A stretch of 63,827 nt of DNA, counting the filler, from Dirinaria sp. TL-2023a (Eukaryota): assembly GCA_051941275.1 (NCBI GenBank). It is 7 parts of 7 records of this genome, joined end to end, with 100 filler letters (N's around TTAATTAATTAA, not from the genome) between each part and the next. Parts side by side here need not be neighbours in the genome. Positions count along the whole stretch, not along the records: positions 36,557 to 45,587 come from JAVEBF010001103.1; positions 45,688 to 54,716 come from JAVEBF010001104.1; 5 more parts are not named here. The stretch is one strand, 5' to 3'. A program made the translations under genes and the position numbers. Shown piece after piece: positions 38,189 to 51,472 of the stretch; the stretch's first letter is position 1, and each line of letters begins with the position of its first letter. The notes under the pieces were generated by a model. The model did not search any database. It was not told the origin of the DNA and was given only the letters and a program-made list of their open reading frames with translations.

Positions 38189-40198
38189 TGTGGCTGACAA
38201 AAAGTGCAATGCAGTGCCAGACAGAGGTGTTGTGGTGACAAAATATGCATGTCCTCCAAAGTGAGGCAAGTGAACTGTGGGTCACTGCACTAGTTGTGTA
38301 TTGCGGTAGAAGACGCCAATACAGGATTAGTCGATACAAGACGCCGAGAAGTACAACAAAAAATGTAATCAACTAGACAGCACAGCTCAAGAGTTCCTTC
38401 AGATCTTGCCAAAGTGCTGGTCTGATAGTCTTCTCGGCAGCCAGCTTCCAATCTTAATGCCGATGTTTCTCTGCTTTTGCTATGAAACATTTGCCATGAT
38501 TGATATCATAGTTCCAGGCATTGGCAAGGGCTAGAAAGGGTGAGATCCGTGAACGCAGAAGAGGACCCCATTGTTTCCTCATAAGCGAGCCTCGTAGAGA
38601 TGGCTCATGAGTGTCCTGAGACGGCCCCGAAGACGTCAAAAAGAAGTGTTGTGCCAAATCTCTTTCTCTGACTTAACGCATACAATGGGAGCAGCTTCAA
38701 TGATCTTATCGATGCTCAAGAGATGGGCTATCTTTTATAGCAGATGGACAATGCTCTGAGGTAGATTGGGCTTTTGGAACATGGAAAGGAAAACAGTACT
38801 GAATAGTAAGATAGGGAAACAAACAGTGTTGATGATTCACTGACATGAATAGAATGGGATAGTTTGGACGTACGTATTGATGCGAAGCTGCCAAACATGA
38901 TGGCTTTATTTTAGCAAACAACCAGATTCAGATTCAGGCACACATGATGAGGCAGGCATGTAGAGCTCAATACAAATATTTTTCGATGCCGATGAATAAC
39001 TCATACAATATAGTTTATGATCTTCACCAAGCTTCGGAAGGGTTCAAAAGAGTGTCAAAGCATGATGAAGACGGGGAAGCTTAAGGAATCCCAGTTAAGC
39101 GAATCTACCAAATTAGACGAATTCGCGGATACTAACGAGCCGTTCCGAAACAGGAGCTTTAACGTCTTTGGGGAAAACGTCTTGGCATTGCAGCCAAAGC
39201 ACGTGAGCCGTCATTCTTATTCTTCCACTTTATCCTGACATACATTGACCACTATTGGAGGCTTCGATTCTAAAGCCTACATGTACGTAACCAGAGGCCC
39301 TTCAGTGCATAACAATACGGTGGGTAGGAAACTCCAAGGTATGCACATAATCTTTAACCAGCACTGGAGCTACCAATTAGCGCTCTACGGGGCGAAAGCT
39401 TTGCAGAGCCATCATATTCTGTGGCAGCATCGCCTTATCCATCTACTTCTTGAGTAGCTGTGGTCGAAATATGTTGCAATCGCAGGCTTGAGCGTCGCAA
39501 AACCAGGGCGTTGAGGCTACCGATCGTCTGTAGAATTCATGAAAGAAGTAGCCCATGAAGTAAGAAAGGGTAAAAACAGCGAATGTCACTTTTCACTTGA
39601 TGAGCCATGTGATTGGAGCGAGCGGTGCGACAGCGTGTGCTTTCTTGATGTCTTGCGAGCTATAGCCACATGTTTCCGCCGATCGGGACCCCTCCGCCTT
39701 TCCCCCTCCTTAGCTGACGCAGCGCATTTTCCTTAGCGGTGATGAGCACGTCGCTCGGAGCGTGCTGGAAGGTATCGACACATCTATTCATCACTACGGG
39801 TTAGTCTAGCGCGGGGCAGTAAGATTGGCGCTTGCCCTACCAAACATACGAGCAGCATGATGAGGCACAGCACGTCGTATATGATCAACAGGGCCGTTAC
39901 CTGACCCACCCACGCCCGTTCGTACTAAGCCATGATTTAGAGCGCTGTTGAAGGCTCGAGTACACTGGTTTTCTGGCTAACAAGGTCAGCAGCAGCCACT
40001 TTGGTCTCTGCACAGGAGTAGCGAGAGAAAGGCTCTTACAAATGAAGAGAGCGCCTGTAGATGTAGAGTGTGAGGTTCGGTGGTTTATGGTTGTGTTATG
40101 TGGTGATTTAGTATATGTAAATGTGTGGGTGTGGGTGTATGGGAACCTAAATGGAGACCTGGGCCGTATCAATCGTATCGTATGTTAACAACCTGGGT

Positions 40199-42009
40199 TC
40201 AATTCTCCTTTGTGATCCATGGAAGGCTAAAGGTACTGATCCAAGCCTCCACCTCTCTTCTCAACTCCACAATCTCACGAATTTCATTACCGTCAGCAAC
40301 GTATCCCACAAAAGCGCCGACACTCGTTGGGTTCTTTCTGCCCTTGGCTTCGGATTCTTCTATTGCCTTCTTGCTGAGGTCCTGCGTTATGGTAACAGCC
40401 CGATCAACAATCTCAGCTACCCTTGAAAAGTCATCAGGTAAAAGACCACGCGTGGTCATTGCAGGCGTACCCATTCTTAGACCACCGGGCTTCATCGCTG
40501 ATTTGTCACCAGGCACGGTATTCTTGTTGCTAGCAACACCGACGAGCTCCAGCACTCGCTCAACTCTGGCACCGTCTATGCCTCGGTCTTTGAGATCAAC
40601 AAGCACGAGGTGGTTGTCAGTGCCTCCGCTGACTATATTGTAGCCCAAACCGCCTTTGTCTTTTGCATTGCCTAAGCGCTCGGCCAAAGCCTTGGCATTG
40701 AGAAGGACGGTCTTCTGATAGTCCTTGAACTCTGCAGACTGAGCCTGTCGAAGAGCTACAGCAAGAGCAGTGATGGTATGATTGTGTGGCCCACCCTGAT
40801 GGCCGGGGAACACTGAAGCGTTGATTGGATTCTCAAGGTCATATAATTCTTTGTTGCCTTTCTTGTCCACCCTTCGAACGCCTTTGCGGAAAAATATCAT
40901 AGCTCCACGAGGTCCACGAAGAGATTTATGAGTAGTCGTCGTAACGACATCCGAATGAGGGAAAGGCGAGGGAATGACGCCTCCGGCGACCAAGCCAGAG
41001 ATGTGTGCCATGTCGCTAAGAAGGTAGGCTCCAACTTTTTCTGCCGTCTCTCTCATCCTCTCGTACTCGATGAGTCTGCTGTACGCAGATGTGCCCGCTA
41101 TGATAATCTTCGGGCGGTATAAGATTGCCATTTCTTCAAGTTTTCGATAATCAATTAAACCTGTGGACTCATCCAATCGATATGGCAGTGTTTCGAAATA
41201 TTTCGAGATTGCTGAGATTTTCTTGGTAGGTGTTTGGTAACCATGGGACAGGTGTCCACCATGAGGAAGATCCAGACCCATGATCCGGTCGTGCGAGTTC
41301 AGAAGTGCAGAATAAGCGTAGAGATTGGCTGGCGATCCGGAAAGAGCTTTTCGATGTCGGTAAGTGTATACTATACAGGAAAGGAAAAACAAGCTACGTA
41401 CGCTGTACGTTGACGCCCCATTCTGCCTCATCCAAGCGGAACGTTTCCAATGCTCGCTTCTGACATAACCGCTCAGCTTCGTCGATATGTTCATTTCCCC
41501 CATAATAGCGAGCACCAGGATATCCTTCTGAGTACTTGTCTACAATCTTTCAGTACTGTTCTTCCTGGTATGGACAGAGACATACTCTGCATTACGCTAC
41601 CCAATGCGTCTAGGACCGCCTGAGAGGTGAAGTTCTCTGATGGTATTAAGTTGATGAAATGTTTTTGCCGTTTCTTCTCCTACGAGCGACACAACAAATT
41701 TCAGTTCCCGGAGTCGGATAAAGGAATCGCAGGGCAGGACTTGCAGCGTACCTTTTGGAGGATATCAAAGACCTCAGGATCTGCGGATTCCAGGTTGGCT
41801 GCTAGCAGCTACGCCATCATCAGCTTATACACCATCTCAAAAAAGCATACACCTACTTTTTGCTGGCCTTCTTGACTCATGGAGGCCAGCCATCGCCTTC
41901 CAATCCGCGGCTTCATGTCTAAGACTTGACTTGGACGACATTTGCGCAGGCTCCTCAAGCAAACGCTGCACAGACTGGCAGTAGGCCTCATATTCACCAA
42001 AGCAGCCAT
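40199..42009 (-). CDS. SHM1: Mitochondrial serine hydroxymethyltransferase (multi-exon)
   Basis: Arg-rich presequence, then [55 protein letters not shown] site [14 protein letters not shown] and [11 protein letters not shown]. Confidence 0.96.
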
Positions 42010-43157
42010 ATATACAGTTTCTTGTACTATATACCAGGCTTCGTGCCAACCGAAGGAATCCTGCAGGCCTGAGTCTAAGGTATGTTGATCTACTTCCGCC
42101 CCTCAAATGTCTCTTAGTGGTCCCGCTCTTATCACAACCGAAGTATTGCCGGCGCTTACGCTTAGCAATTGGTTCATATTCTTGAACACCTTGCGACTCT
42201 TTCCTCTTTACACAAACTAAATCCAAATTGATGAGATGCTTTGACGGCTTCTACAGCACTCACTTGAGAGCCTCGTGCTTATCGATGTGGGCGATGCTGA
42301 GATGTCTCGGACCAACACCACCTTTTCAAGGGGCAGTATGAGACCCTCTGATTGGATTTACCTGTGTTTATGTCACTGTGGTTGCGCTCTGATTCTTCCA
42401 CACGAGACCACTGTCTCAGCTGACATGAGGTGTAAGCCTCAGTGATAGCACGCGCGTAGCATACAAGTTGCTTTTGTTGAGGAGCATTGCTAATTCTCTC
42501 CTACAAAACGTAGATTATCTCGACCTTCAACACCATGAGTAGCCAATTCCATATTCTGCTTGACGTTTTGATGATCCTTAAGCCCGCGTCTACTCTATGC
42601 ATAGAATGATAAGACAGTGTGTCTGATTGTATCAAATTCATGAAACACACTTGCCATTGGCCTGTCTAAGAAGCTTGCGTCCAAGTTCTCCTGACTACAA
42701 ATATTAGGTACTCATCCGCCCAGTGAACTAAATAGACAGAGATTTCGGCCCCAACAAGGCGCGCTGAACACTCGATCCTTCCTCGCCACTACGGATTGTC
42801 ACAGATCAGACGTAACAAAGCAGCATCTCTACCTTACTTTTCTGCTCAAGGATCTATCAGCCTATTGCACTACGACGTCCAGCCGACACAGAAGGCAAGG
42901 CATCTTGTTCATAGCCAGAGCACATCTGAGCGGCGCTATCAAAGCGTCTTTAGGTTTTCCAGCTGTAGCCATCAGCCGTGCGTTGTGAATCCTTCAGAGC
43001 AATCTTCAACATTTCTCTAGTCTTTCGCTACAAGCCGAAGCTATTCTCAGTCTACCTAAGGTATGGTATCTGTGCTTGTGCATGTAGTCTTGTCTGCATC
43101 CTATGCTGACAGCTTGCCGCATGAAGCAGAGGCCATAAGCACTCCGAATACACAAGT

Positions 43158-44147
43158 ATGATTTATTCACAAACTCCAGCATGGGAGAAACCTAACAACA
43201 TTCCTAGGGATTTCCGTCAGAAGATCTACCTTGAGATGGCATCAATACCATTGAAACCAGCAGATGTCCGGGTGCCAGGGCAAGTGGGTTTCATCCAGAG
43301 AAGAGACAGCAAGTGTCTTACGCTCGCCCATGAAAGTATCAAATGGGCCAAGAACGAGGCAAAGAAAGAGATCGATGCCAAGGAGCAGAGACCCAAGGAC
43401 AAGGAGCAGGAAGACCTAGTCACCGGGAATGGCATTACATTCTTCACGCTCAACCGAGATATACGTAACATCGTCTACGAGTATCTCTTTGAAGGAGGTA
43501 TGATCGATTTCTAGACCCATAAGGGTTTCCAGCGCTCTGGCCAGATGCTACGTGTCTCAAAGGCCATCCACGACGAGACTCGCCCCATCTTGTACCAGCA
43601 GAACTTTTTCCGCTTTTGCTACGACCATACCAAAGTTGGAAAGTTCTACGAGAAGGCCGAGGAAATTGGGTATGCCGGAGGTGTAGAATTTTTGAGGATG
43701 ATTGGTCGCAACGTCTGTATGTGTTTTTCATCTTCAAAGTCGTATTCTCTAAGCTCTCGTTTCCCATGACTTGTTCAGAAGCCATCGACGACTGAGATCT
43801 TCACAGGCGACATCCGGTTTGTCCAGCTCTGGTTCTCACCTAGCTATTTTCCCGGCAACGAGAAGGATGTCCTCGCCATGCTCGGGCTGCTTCGTCAGGC
43901 CAACCTATGCACCGTCTCCCTCCGCTTCTTCGGCGGCATACCGCTGAGCGACTCTCACTCCGAATTTCTGGAGGCTCTCACGAAGCTACAGACCGATCAC
44001 CTGGAAATTGCGGATGGACTGCTTCCCCGTGGCCCCTTGATTACCTACAAGCATATCAAGAAACATATCAGCGCGAGGCTTCGTAGGGAAATGGTGAGGG
44101 ATGGTTGGCAGCTCTACAATGGCCTCTGCAGATTTCGTAATGGGTAG
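43158..44147 (+). CDS. Fungal F-box-like/DUF7730-type protein with one in-frame TAG (43512-43514). Intron approx. 43717-43806. Possible pseudogene.
   Basis: FFTLNRDIRNIVYEYLF...DF*THKGFQRSGQMLRVSKAIHDETRPILYQQNFFRF...EFLRMIGRNV|CDIRFVQLWF. The segments on either side of the TAG are in the same frame. Confidence 0.6.
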
Positions 44148-45430
44148 CGGAAGTGACGTCTTTGTATACGATCGTCCTTGCTCGAGCACTCGCCATGAAC
44201 AACGCGCGATTCCGGCAGGCAATCAAAGCGCCAGATTTGGGACGATACAGCAACGTCTCTTTCTATCCGCGAAGACCGTGATACGAATGTGAAGCGACTG
44301 GAGACGGAGATGGCTATGGGTCTAGCAGAGCAGAGCAGTATCCAGAATGTTAGATAATAATAACGGCGATGAAAGAATTCAAGTTCATTAATCCCTGCAA
44401 AGACAAGTCCGGTGGTATCGCACAAAACACGAACCCTTTCTTCGCTGTGTCTCGAAGTCTCGAAGCCCGACCCCTGCAAATTGTGGGAGATGAGCTGAAC
44501 CAAATAGGCAAATCGATAAAAGCAGCCTTGCAGCTGCTCGGCTCTCTCGCTTTGACAATTATTGGATCCCGACAAATGATTGGGTCCAACTAAGAATAGA
44601 TTCAGCGACCATCCATCCTTCGTGATCCCTTCAAGAAAGACCGAGTCCTTCTCCCTCCCTTACTCGTAGACACTGACTTGGGCAATAAGATAGTAGTATT
44701 AATGATGGCGAAAAGAACGGCGGCTTCCTCGGCCTGTTTTCTGGGTTCTGGGCGGAAATTGGGCCATGATAAGCTTCGCGTCTGCTGACACCAACAGGCC
44801 GATCACCGCGCTTCCACCGGCACCGATTGCCAATAACTAATATGTATGTATTGTATGTATGTACACGTAGAAGAGTAAAAAGGCTTTCCGAGTTCATGTC
44901 GTGAATTAGGTAATAATGCTTACCTTGCATCCAGGTCCAGATCCAAACCATGTGCATTTCGGCTGTACATACGAGGTGACACAAGTAATGGTCGCTGTAA
45001 TTGTAATTGTGGTGGCAGAGATGGAGCAGGACTCGACTTGGACATCGTTTCTCCCTCTGGCGCGCTCTCTACCCAATAATATTATTGATGACACCGGTTA
45101 TCTCACACCCTCACTCCCACTAAAGTAGTATCTCACTTTGAGCGTCCTTGCTTCGAACCATGATTAGCTGGCTTTGTGCACGGCAAGTAAGGCAGATTAG
45201 TACAGGCACCATCAGCGCTGTAAGGCTTGCGACCGCGCCAAAAAAAGTAGCGAAATTACATGTAGCTACGGAGTATACGAATCTCGACCTGCTGCTTTTA
45301 CGGATTTTTTCTCCTCGATGGAGGGCAGCAGCTGCGGGACTAATGCCAGGTACCAGGACGAGCCGTCCGCAGTGCGAGTCAAATACTCAATTACCACGGG
45401 TGATTGGGCGGATGGAACCAGGGGAGGGCG

Positions 45431-45470
45431 GATTTAGCTGGATTTAGCTGGATTTAGCTGGGTCTAGCTG
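45431..45470. repeat. 10-bp tandem repeat GATTTAGCTG, 4 copies (last degenerate)
   Basis: Read directly from the sequence. Confidence 0.9.
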
Positions 45471-45587
45471 CAGGCCTAAGGCACCTTAAGCAATCTTTCC
45501 GGCTTGGCGCAATAACAGCATGTCTTGGCTTAACGTGCCTTAGTCTCGAATTTCAGGGGATGTTGATGAACCGCGTCGCGTGGGCTC

Positions 45588-45687
45588 NNNNNNNNNNNNN
45601 NNNNNNNNNNNNNNNNNNNNNNNNNNNNNNNTTAATTAATTAANNNNNNNNNNNNNNNNNNNNNNNNNNNNNNNNNNNNNNNNNNNN
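45588..45687. other. Artificial contig spacer
   Basis: N44-TTAATTAATTAA-N44. Confidence 0.99.
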
Positions 45688-46134
45688 TTGGGACAGGGTT
45701 ATAGGTTTTTGTTGGTTTCTTGTGGGGTGGGAGGGGGGAATTCTGGAGTTTGGGAAATGATAAGGTAGAAAGAAGATTTGATAATCCTCGGCTCTACATA
45801 TGTACCTACTGTACAGTAGTTTAGGGAATGTGCAGGTATATGAAACAGATCATGCGTGTTCCTGCCTTTCCCAATCGCTATTATTACGGGATCTTATCTA
45901 CTAACTTCTGATTGCTGGCAATAGGGTCGGAGACTTTTTGTTTTGTTTTCTTTTTTTTTTTTGTGGCGACAATTCTATGAGTCTATGACTAACTTTTTCC
46001 CTACTACTTAACTACACATTGCAATTTAATAGAACATAATTCGTTCAAACCGGGGTATCTGTCCAATCTATCTCAAAACACTTTTTTGAAAAAAAAAAAA
46101 AAAAAAAAAAAAAAACACAGCTTTTCATCATTCC

Positions 46135-49100
46135 TCATTTTAACAACTCCTTCAAATGAAGATCGCGGAACACTTTCCGAAAAATCTCCCGGCTTTTGTA
46201 TAGATTCGAAATCCGGATTCGCTCGTTATCTAGGTGAGCGCTGTCGCTGGCTTGACCGCACGGCAGATGGGCCGCTGGGGCATTGAATTCCTTCTCCAAA
46301 AAACGGATAGCTGGGATCGAGCCTCCTTCGCGGATATACAGCGGCTTGCGCGGCGATGCCAGGGGCGCTTTCTGCTCGGGTAGGCTGGGGCTATCGAACT
46401 TGACAGCGATCGCTGGGTCGTTTGACGAACGCTCGCTTCCGTTTCCAAGTGTAGATGACGTTTTCGGTGGAGCTTTAGACTTGTCTCTCGTAAGCTCATT
46501 CATTGTAGCCCTTCCTACTAAGTCAGACTTCTGTTGTTCTTGCTCCCCAAGCCTCCAAGCTTCGATCACTGCCTCCTCGAGCGTCGTGAATATCTCGTTG
46601 CTCGGATCTCCAAGCCATGGGTCGGCTGTGTGGTCAAAGTCTATGAACACTTTGTTGGAGCTCTCGAGCTTGTCGAAAGCCTCGCGGATAACCCGATCTA
46701 AGGAATTTTGTATGGCCATGGCACTTTGATTCGGCACGAGCCGAACGGATAAAGCTGCGGTCGCGCTTCTCGGTATGATAGAAGATGTTGGAGCGCCTGA
46801 TGTCTTAGTATGATGGATGGTAAGCGATGGCTGAGTCCATCTGGCCTTGAAGGATTCCGTAAGCCTTCGTACGTCGCCAAGTTTTGGATTGTGCTCCAGA
46901 AGAGTTTTACTGATCGCATCGAAACGCTCGTTCTCCTCGGCAGTAACGGCCAATACGGAGTCGTAGAAGCCCGGTATCTGGACGCGGCCACGTGGACCAG
47001 ACAATGCTGCAATCACTGCTACCAAATCCTTTAGAGCCTCGTTCAAGAGGTAACTTCCATCCACTCCGCTGTGTAAGTCAGGCCGCTTGCTTTCAATACG
47101 CACTGTGGCGTGAACGACTCCTCTCAAGCCATACGTTAAACACGGAAAATAGTCGTCGAGCCAGTAGCTGTTGGCCAGTATGATCCAATCAACGCCACCT
47201 ATCAATTCTTTGTTCTTTTGGACCGCACGCTCAAAGCCTCGAGATCCGCTCTCTTCCTCGCCTTCAATTAGAAAGACAATATCAGAATTGAGTTGCTGCT
47301 TCGTTAAAAGGTCGGCTACAGCGTAGACGGCGGCTAGGACAGGGCCTTTATTATCCGACACACCTCTGCCATAAACGTATCCGTTGACGCTCTGCATATC
47401 GAATGGGTCTGCGTCCCACGTTTGCTGTTTGTTGTCCGCAGACACAATATCGTAATGACCGTAGAATAGGATTCGCTTGGCTTTGCCCTTAGGCATCTTC
47501 CCATGAAACCGCGCATATACGACAGGATTTCGATTGTCCTCGGTATTGAGCATTTCCGTGTCGGCGCCAAATCTTTTGAAGAGATTCCTGAGCCATGAAG
47601 CACCACGCCGACAGTCTTCAGTATACTCCGGCTTCGAAGAAACGGTCCGATAATATACAAACCTCTTCAAAGACTCCAGAAGCTCCTCTATGGTTCATTC
47701 AGCACGGTCACCTTCCACTCCATACTCTGCCTCTTACCGTTGCTCGATTCAGGGTGCTTGATTCGTGCTTGGGCGCAAACTCCAATATCCCAGATGGCAA
47801 TACTATTGTCGTTCCCTCCTGTAATGTATATGTCCATGCCCTTGTACGCTGCGGTTGCAGATGCAAGAATAAGCTGTTCATGGGCCTCCCAGCGACCAAC
47901 ACATTCGTACCGTGAATTAAATTTCTAAAAGACATTCAGTGATGTGCGCTCGATTGCGACCACAAGGCCAGTACCTTGGCAATTCCATTGGCCCCACCGC
48001 TGAGGATAAGGCCCTGGCCCACTGACAATGCAAGCACGTCTACGCTGTGGGCCTTGACCCGACGTATAAGTTGACGGGTGTCGAGATCCCAAACGTGGAT
48101 CTCGCCTTCTAGACGTCCGCCATACAGTATGGTACCATTGAGCGCTAACGCCAGTACAGAATCGTCGCCATTTTCCAATGATGCTAATGGTGTGATTGCA
48201 CCACAGTTCATCTGGTCCAGTTGCCACAACTTGATTGCCCCGTCTCCGCCTCCAGAGAGTAAGATCTCTTGATCTCCATACAGGCCGGATGCGAGCAGCA
48301 TGCAATAAACATAACCGTAGTGTGCGTACTGTAAGATATGGTCTTTATGGATTTCTAAAGTCTGACCTCCAGTTGCCAGTTGCTCGTCTTCCATTGATGA
48401 GCGGGGTGTGCGCACGCCGCCCGGCCCTTTGGAGTCAAAGAATCGATGGTTTCGCTGAGAAGGGTGCGAGGCCAGGTCAGGTAATGGTCTGGTGTCCTTT
48501 TGCGACAAATCGTACCACTGCAGTGAGTAGAGTCAGCACACTATCAGTTGAAGATCTCGCCATGAGACATGCCTGGATACTTGTATTTTGTGCACCAAGA
48601 TAGACGGTCTGCAAGGCACCGGAGAAAGCCACACAGAAGACATCGCCTACGTCGTAAGTGGAATAGAGAGAGTAAAGACGATTAAGTGTGGTAGTACTCC
48701 ATACCTAAGCACGATCAGCGATTAGAGGCGACACTCGGTGCTCGTAATAAAACCTACGTTGACAAGTGCGTCGCCACCACTTGAGAAAAGTAATTTTATG
48801 TTGGTGGGTATGAATAGACCAAGGACGCTGCCCCTGTGTGCAGGTATTGTATCACAGACTTGGTAAGTCTCCAAAGACCATACCTTGGAACACTGTCAAT
48901 AAAGGCATGATAAACTAATAGCTGTGCTGATACTGTACCAATATTTCGCCTCCTTGGGTGCCGGCATAAATCTTTGCATCGGCTACGGCAAGCGCAAGTA
49001 TGGATCTTTTATTCTTGACTTTGTGAAGAAGCTTGGGTTGCGGGGATTCGCCCACTGGATCTGAATGGCTGCCATTGGAGATGACTGGCTGGATGGGAGC

Positions 49101-49178
49101 TTCAGTGAAGCTGCCTTTCGCATCAGTCAAGACTTTTCTCTTTTTGCTGGCTGTGGTCGTGGAAGGTTGATCTGCCAT
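46135..49178 (-). CDS. DUG2: Glutathione degradosome subunit Dug2 (WD40 repeats plus M20 peptidase domain), multi-exon
   Basis: WD40 motifs (AHRGSVLGL, SSGGDALVNVW, YDVGDVFCVAFS, YAHYGYVYCM, LSGGGDGAIKLW). M20 motifs LFYGHYDIV, GRGVSDNKG, LIEGEEESGS, DLHSGVDG, IREGGSIP and DSAHLDNER. Confidence 0.94.
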
Positions 49179-49590
49179 TGCCCCATCGCAAGAGCTAGTC
49201 GGGCCAGTCAGCTAGTGACGTGAAATGGGCTTGGCGTACATACATGATTTAAACAAAATCCTTTTCGTAGGACGCGTCCTCTTCGAAAAGTTCATCTGTT
49301 CCATTATTAATCGGGTGTACTGTGAGACTGTGTATGTACTCATGCCTGCCATAGAAATTGGAAGGCCACTGAAGTCTAGTCGACATAGGGTGTAGATGTG
49401 GAAGGAAATTGCATGTGAAAGCGTCGATGGACGGAGAGTAATACATTTGAAATGTAGCGAGAGCAATTCAAAAAAATAACGAGTGCGAAGGTAAGGTACT
49501 TCAGAATATGAATTGCGGTTGCATAATCTCATAAACTATGCAAAGTAATTTAATGTTTATATTTTTGATTGTTAGCTCTAGAAATCATAG

Positions 49591-49730
49591 CGGGTATTGG
49601 CGCAGTGGTAACCGGTCCGGTTGTAAATCCCAGTCAAGAACACCCAAAAACCCCAATGAAGCCTGAACTCTGGCCTCTGCCCTTATAGTACAGGGTATAC
49701 CAGGAGGGGTTTGGTAAGGCCCGGTCCGCC
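49591..49730 (+). pseudogene. Degenerate tRNA-like relic, possibly derived from an intron-containing tRNA-Tyr(GTA)
   Basis: A-box TGGCGCAGTGGTA at the tRNA position-8 register, loop TTGTAAA and a later ACCAGGAGG. The D-stem, T-loop and acceptor stem do not pair properly. Confidence 0.25.
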
Positions 49731-50680
49731 AAAAAGGGGGGCCGGCCTGAGCTTTTGCCATTTTGAAAAAAAGTTCAAATATTTCATCATGTAGAGCCCT
49801 TGAAATAGATCTCAAGGAGGACAGCGGCGTGGTTCGAACTCTCGACATTCCATTTTGGGATAGTACGTGATGAGACAAAGGAACTTTAGGGCTATGGTTA
49901 AGGAAGGTAGTCTTAACCCTGGGTTATTAAGTGAGCAGCCTTCGCCGTATACCTTCATGACCGGCACTAATCAATTTTCCAATGCTGCTGTGACTTGGCT
50001 GGGCATCGGACCAAGCAGCATTCCTGTAGTCCGTATCTCCCTCAAAGATGGTCGTACACGGCTCTTTATTCCTGTGATCCCTGCATAACTGGAGGAATTC
50101 TGGTGTCATGCATATCATATGAAGTAAGGTCTTCTTCGTGGCACAAGTAGAAGAAACAGAAACAGTCTTAGACGTTATTCAAGCATATCTGTAAGCATTT
50201 GAATTTCCTCCATGGTGGAAGAGCCAGTATCTATCTTTAATTTCTTTAGAAAGGTATGAGCAAGCCTTGATAAATCTATCGTACTACTATCGTCACAGAT
50301 AGCGGCAGCAAGTCGTACAAAAAGAGCTGAGTCCAACTATGGATCGTTGTATCTGGATTTGATCAGCACACAAAGTTCTTGGTCAAGGTTTATAGAAACA
50401 CTCACTCGCCATGCCATTGAAGGTTTTCTGACACTTGAAGTGAAGAGTAAGATGGGAGACAGAGGAGCAAGAAGTCCTATGCATAGAAATTGATAAGCAT
50501 GTGGATATAAAGTCACATGCATATGGACTTACTGGTGCCCTGCGAGATCGCTGGAAGAGATCTTCGCTCTCAAGTCACCCGTTATTGTTGCTTCCGAGAC
50601 CGAAATTCTTGAGATCGATTCCCAACTCTTTAAGACTTCCGTGGCGAGACCAGATAGCAGCACGCAACTAGAAAGCATGC

Positions 50681-51019
50681 TCATTCAGCAGGATCGATGT
50701 CCATCTTCTGCTCCGCCGCCTCCGGCTCCTCTGCTAATTTCCTTCCTCCCTTCTTCCCTAAGTTATTTACGTCCTTCATCTCCACCTCTCCCATTGCTTC
50801 CATCTGCCTTCGCTTCGCAAACCCAATTTTCTTCTCCATTTTCCGAGTCTTTTTCTTAGATAGTGGCGCTGCTTGTCTGAGAGCTTGGCTGGTACGGGGC
50901 GTGGGCTTGGTGATTTTATTGCGGGCAAGGCGCTGAGTGTGTAGCCGCTTCGACTTCAGGGTGCTTGCGGTCTTGCGCTTTTGCGAGGACGGTGTATTTG
51001 GGTTTGAGCGGGAAGGCAT
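50681..51019 (-). CDS. ALB1: Ribosome biogenesis factor Alb1-like basic protein
   Basis: MPSRSNPNTP...LSKKKTRKMEKKIGFAKRR...KMDID resembles the yeast Alb1 pattern (MPSKNSINRP...LSKKRAKKIER...EMDID), from recall. Confidence 0.72.
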   Translation of the reverse strand: MPSRSNPNTPSSQKRKTASTLKSKRLHTQRLARNKITKPTPRTSQALRQAAPLSKKKTRKMEKKIGFAKRRQMEAMGEVEMKDVNNLGKKGGRKLAEEPEAAEQKMDIDPAE

Positions 51020-51472
51020 GGCTTTGCAATTTTTTACTACGACATTAGAAAGAAGCAAGGCGCTTTAAATTGACAATTGGGCTGGAGAAAGGTAAGGTTA
51101 ATGTTTTCGAACCTTGCCTAAATCCGAAGTTTATCCGGCGTCCTACTGAACCCTCGGCCTACCTATTGAGGGAGGGAGTGTCCCCCAGATTATTACGAAA
51201 CTCGACGATGACATTGTTGAGCAGCCTGTTGACATGAATCGTTGGCAGCAGTATGAAAGTAGCTTTCCTAGAAAATCTACTCAAATGCTCGAAATGGAAG
51301 GCCCAAAGGTATACCACAATGGCTACCCTTGTGGTGTACCGTTGGGCCAGCTCGCTAATAACCAGAGAACCTGCTTCGTATTACCCAAACACGCATATGC
51401 CTTGTTCCTCGTCCTTCCATAGCAACATGATTTTGCAGATCAGTGCTCACGTCTGCGACGCCCGTGCGGTGC

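Noticed and set aside
39858..39904. C/D box snoRNA (ATGATGA...CTGA)
   Set aside because: At about 47 nt it is too short, with no terminal stem or recognisable rRNA guide.
49913..49926. TAACCCT as a telomerase RNA template or telomeric repeat
   Set aside because: It is part of a short near-palindrome (taaccctgggtta), not TAACCCTAA or tandem TTAGGG.
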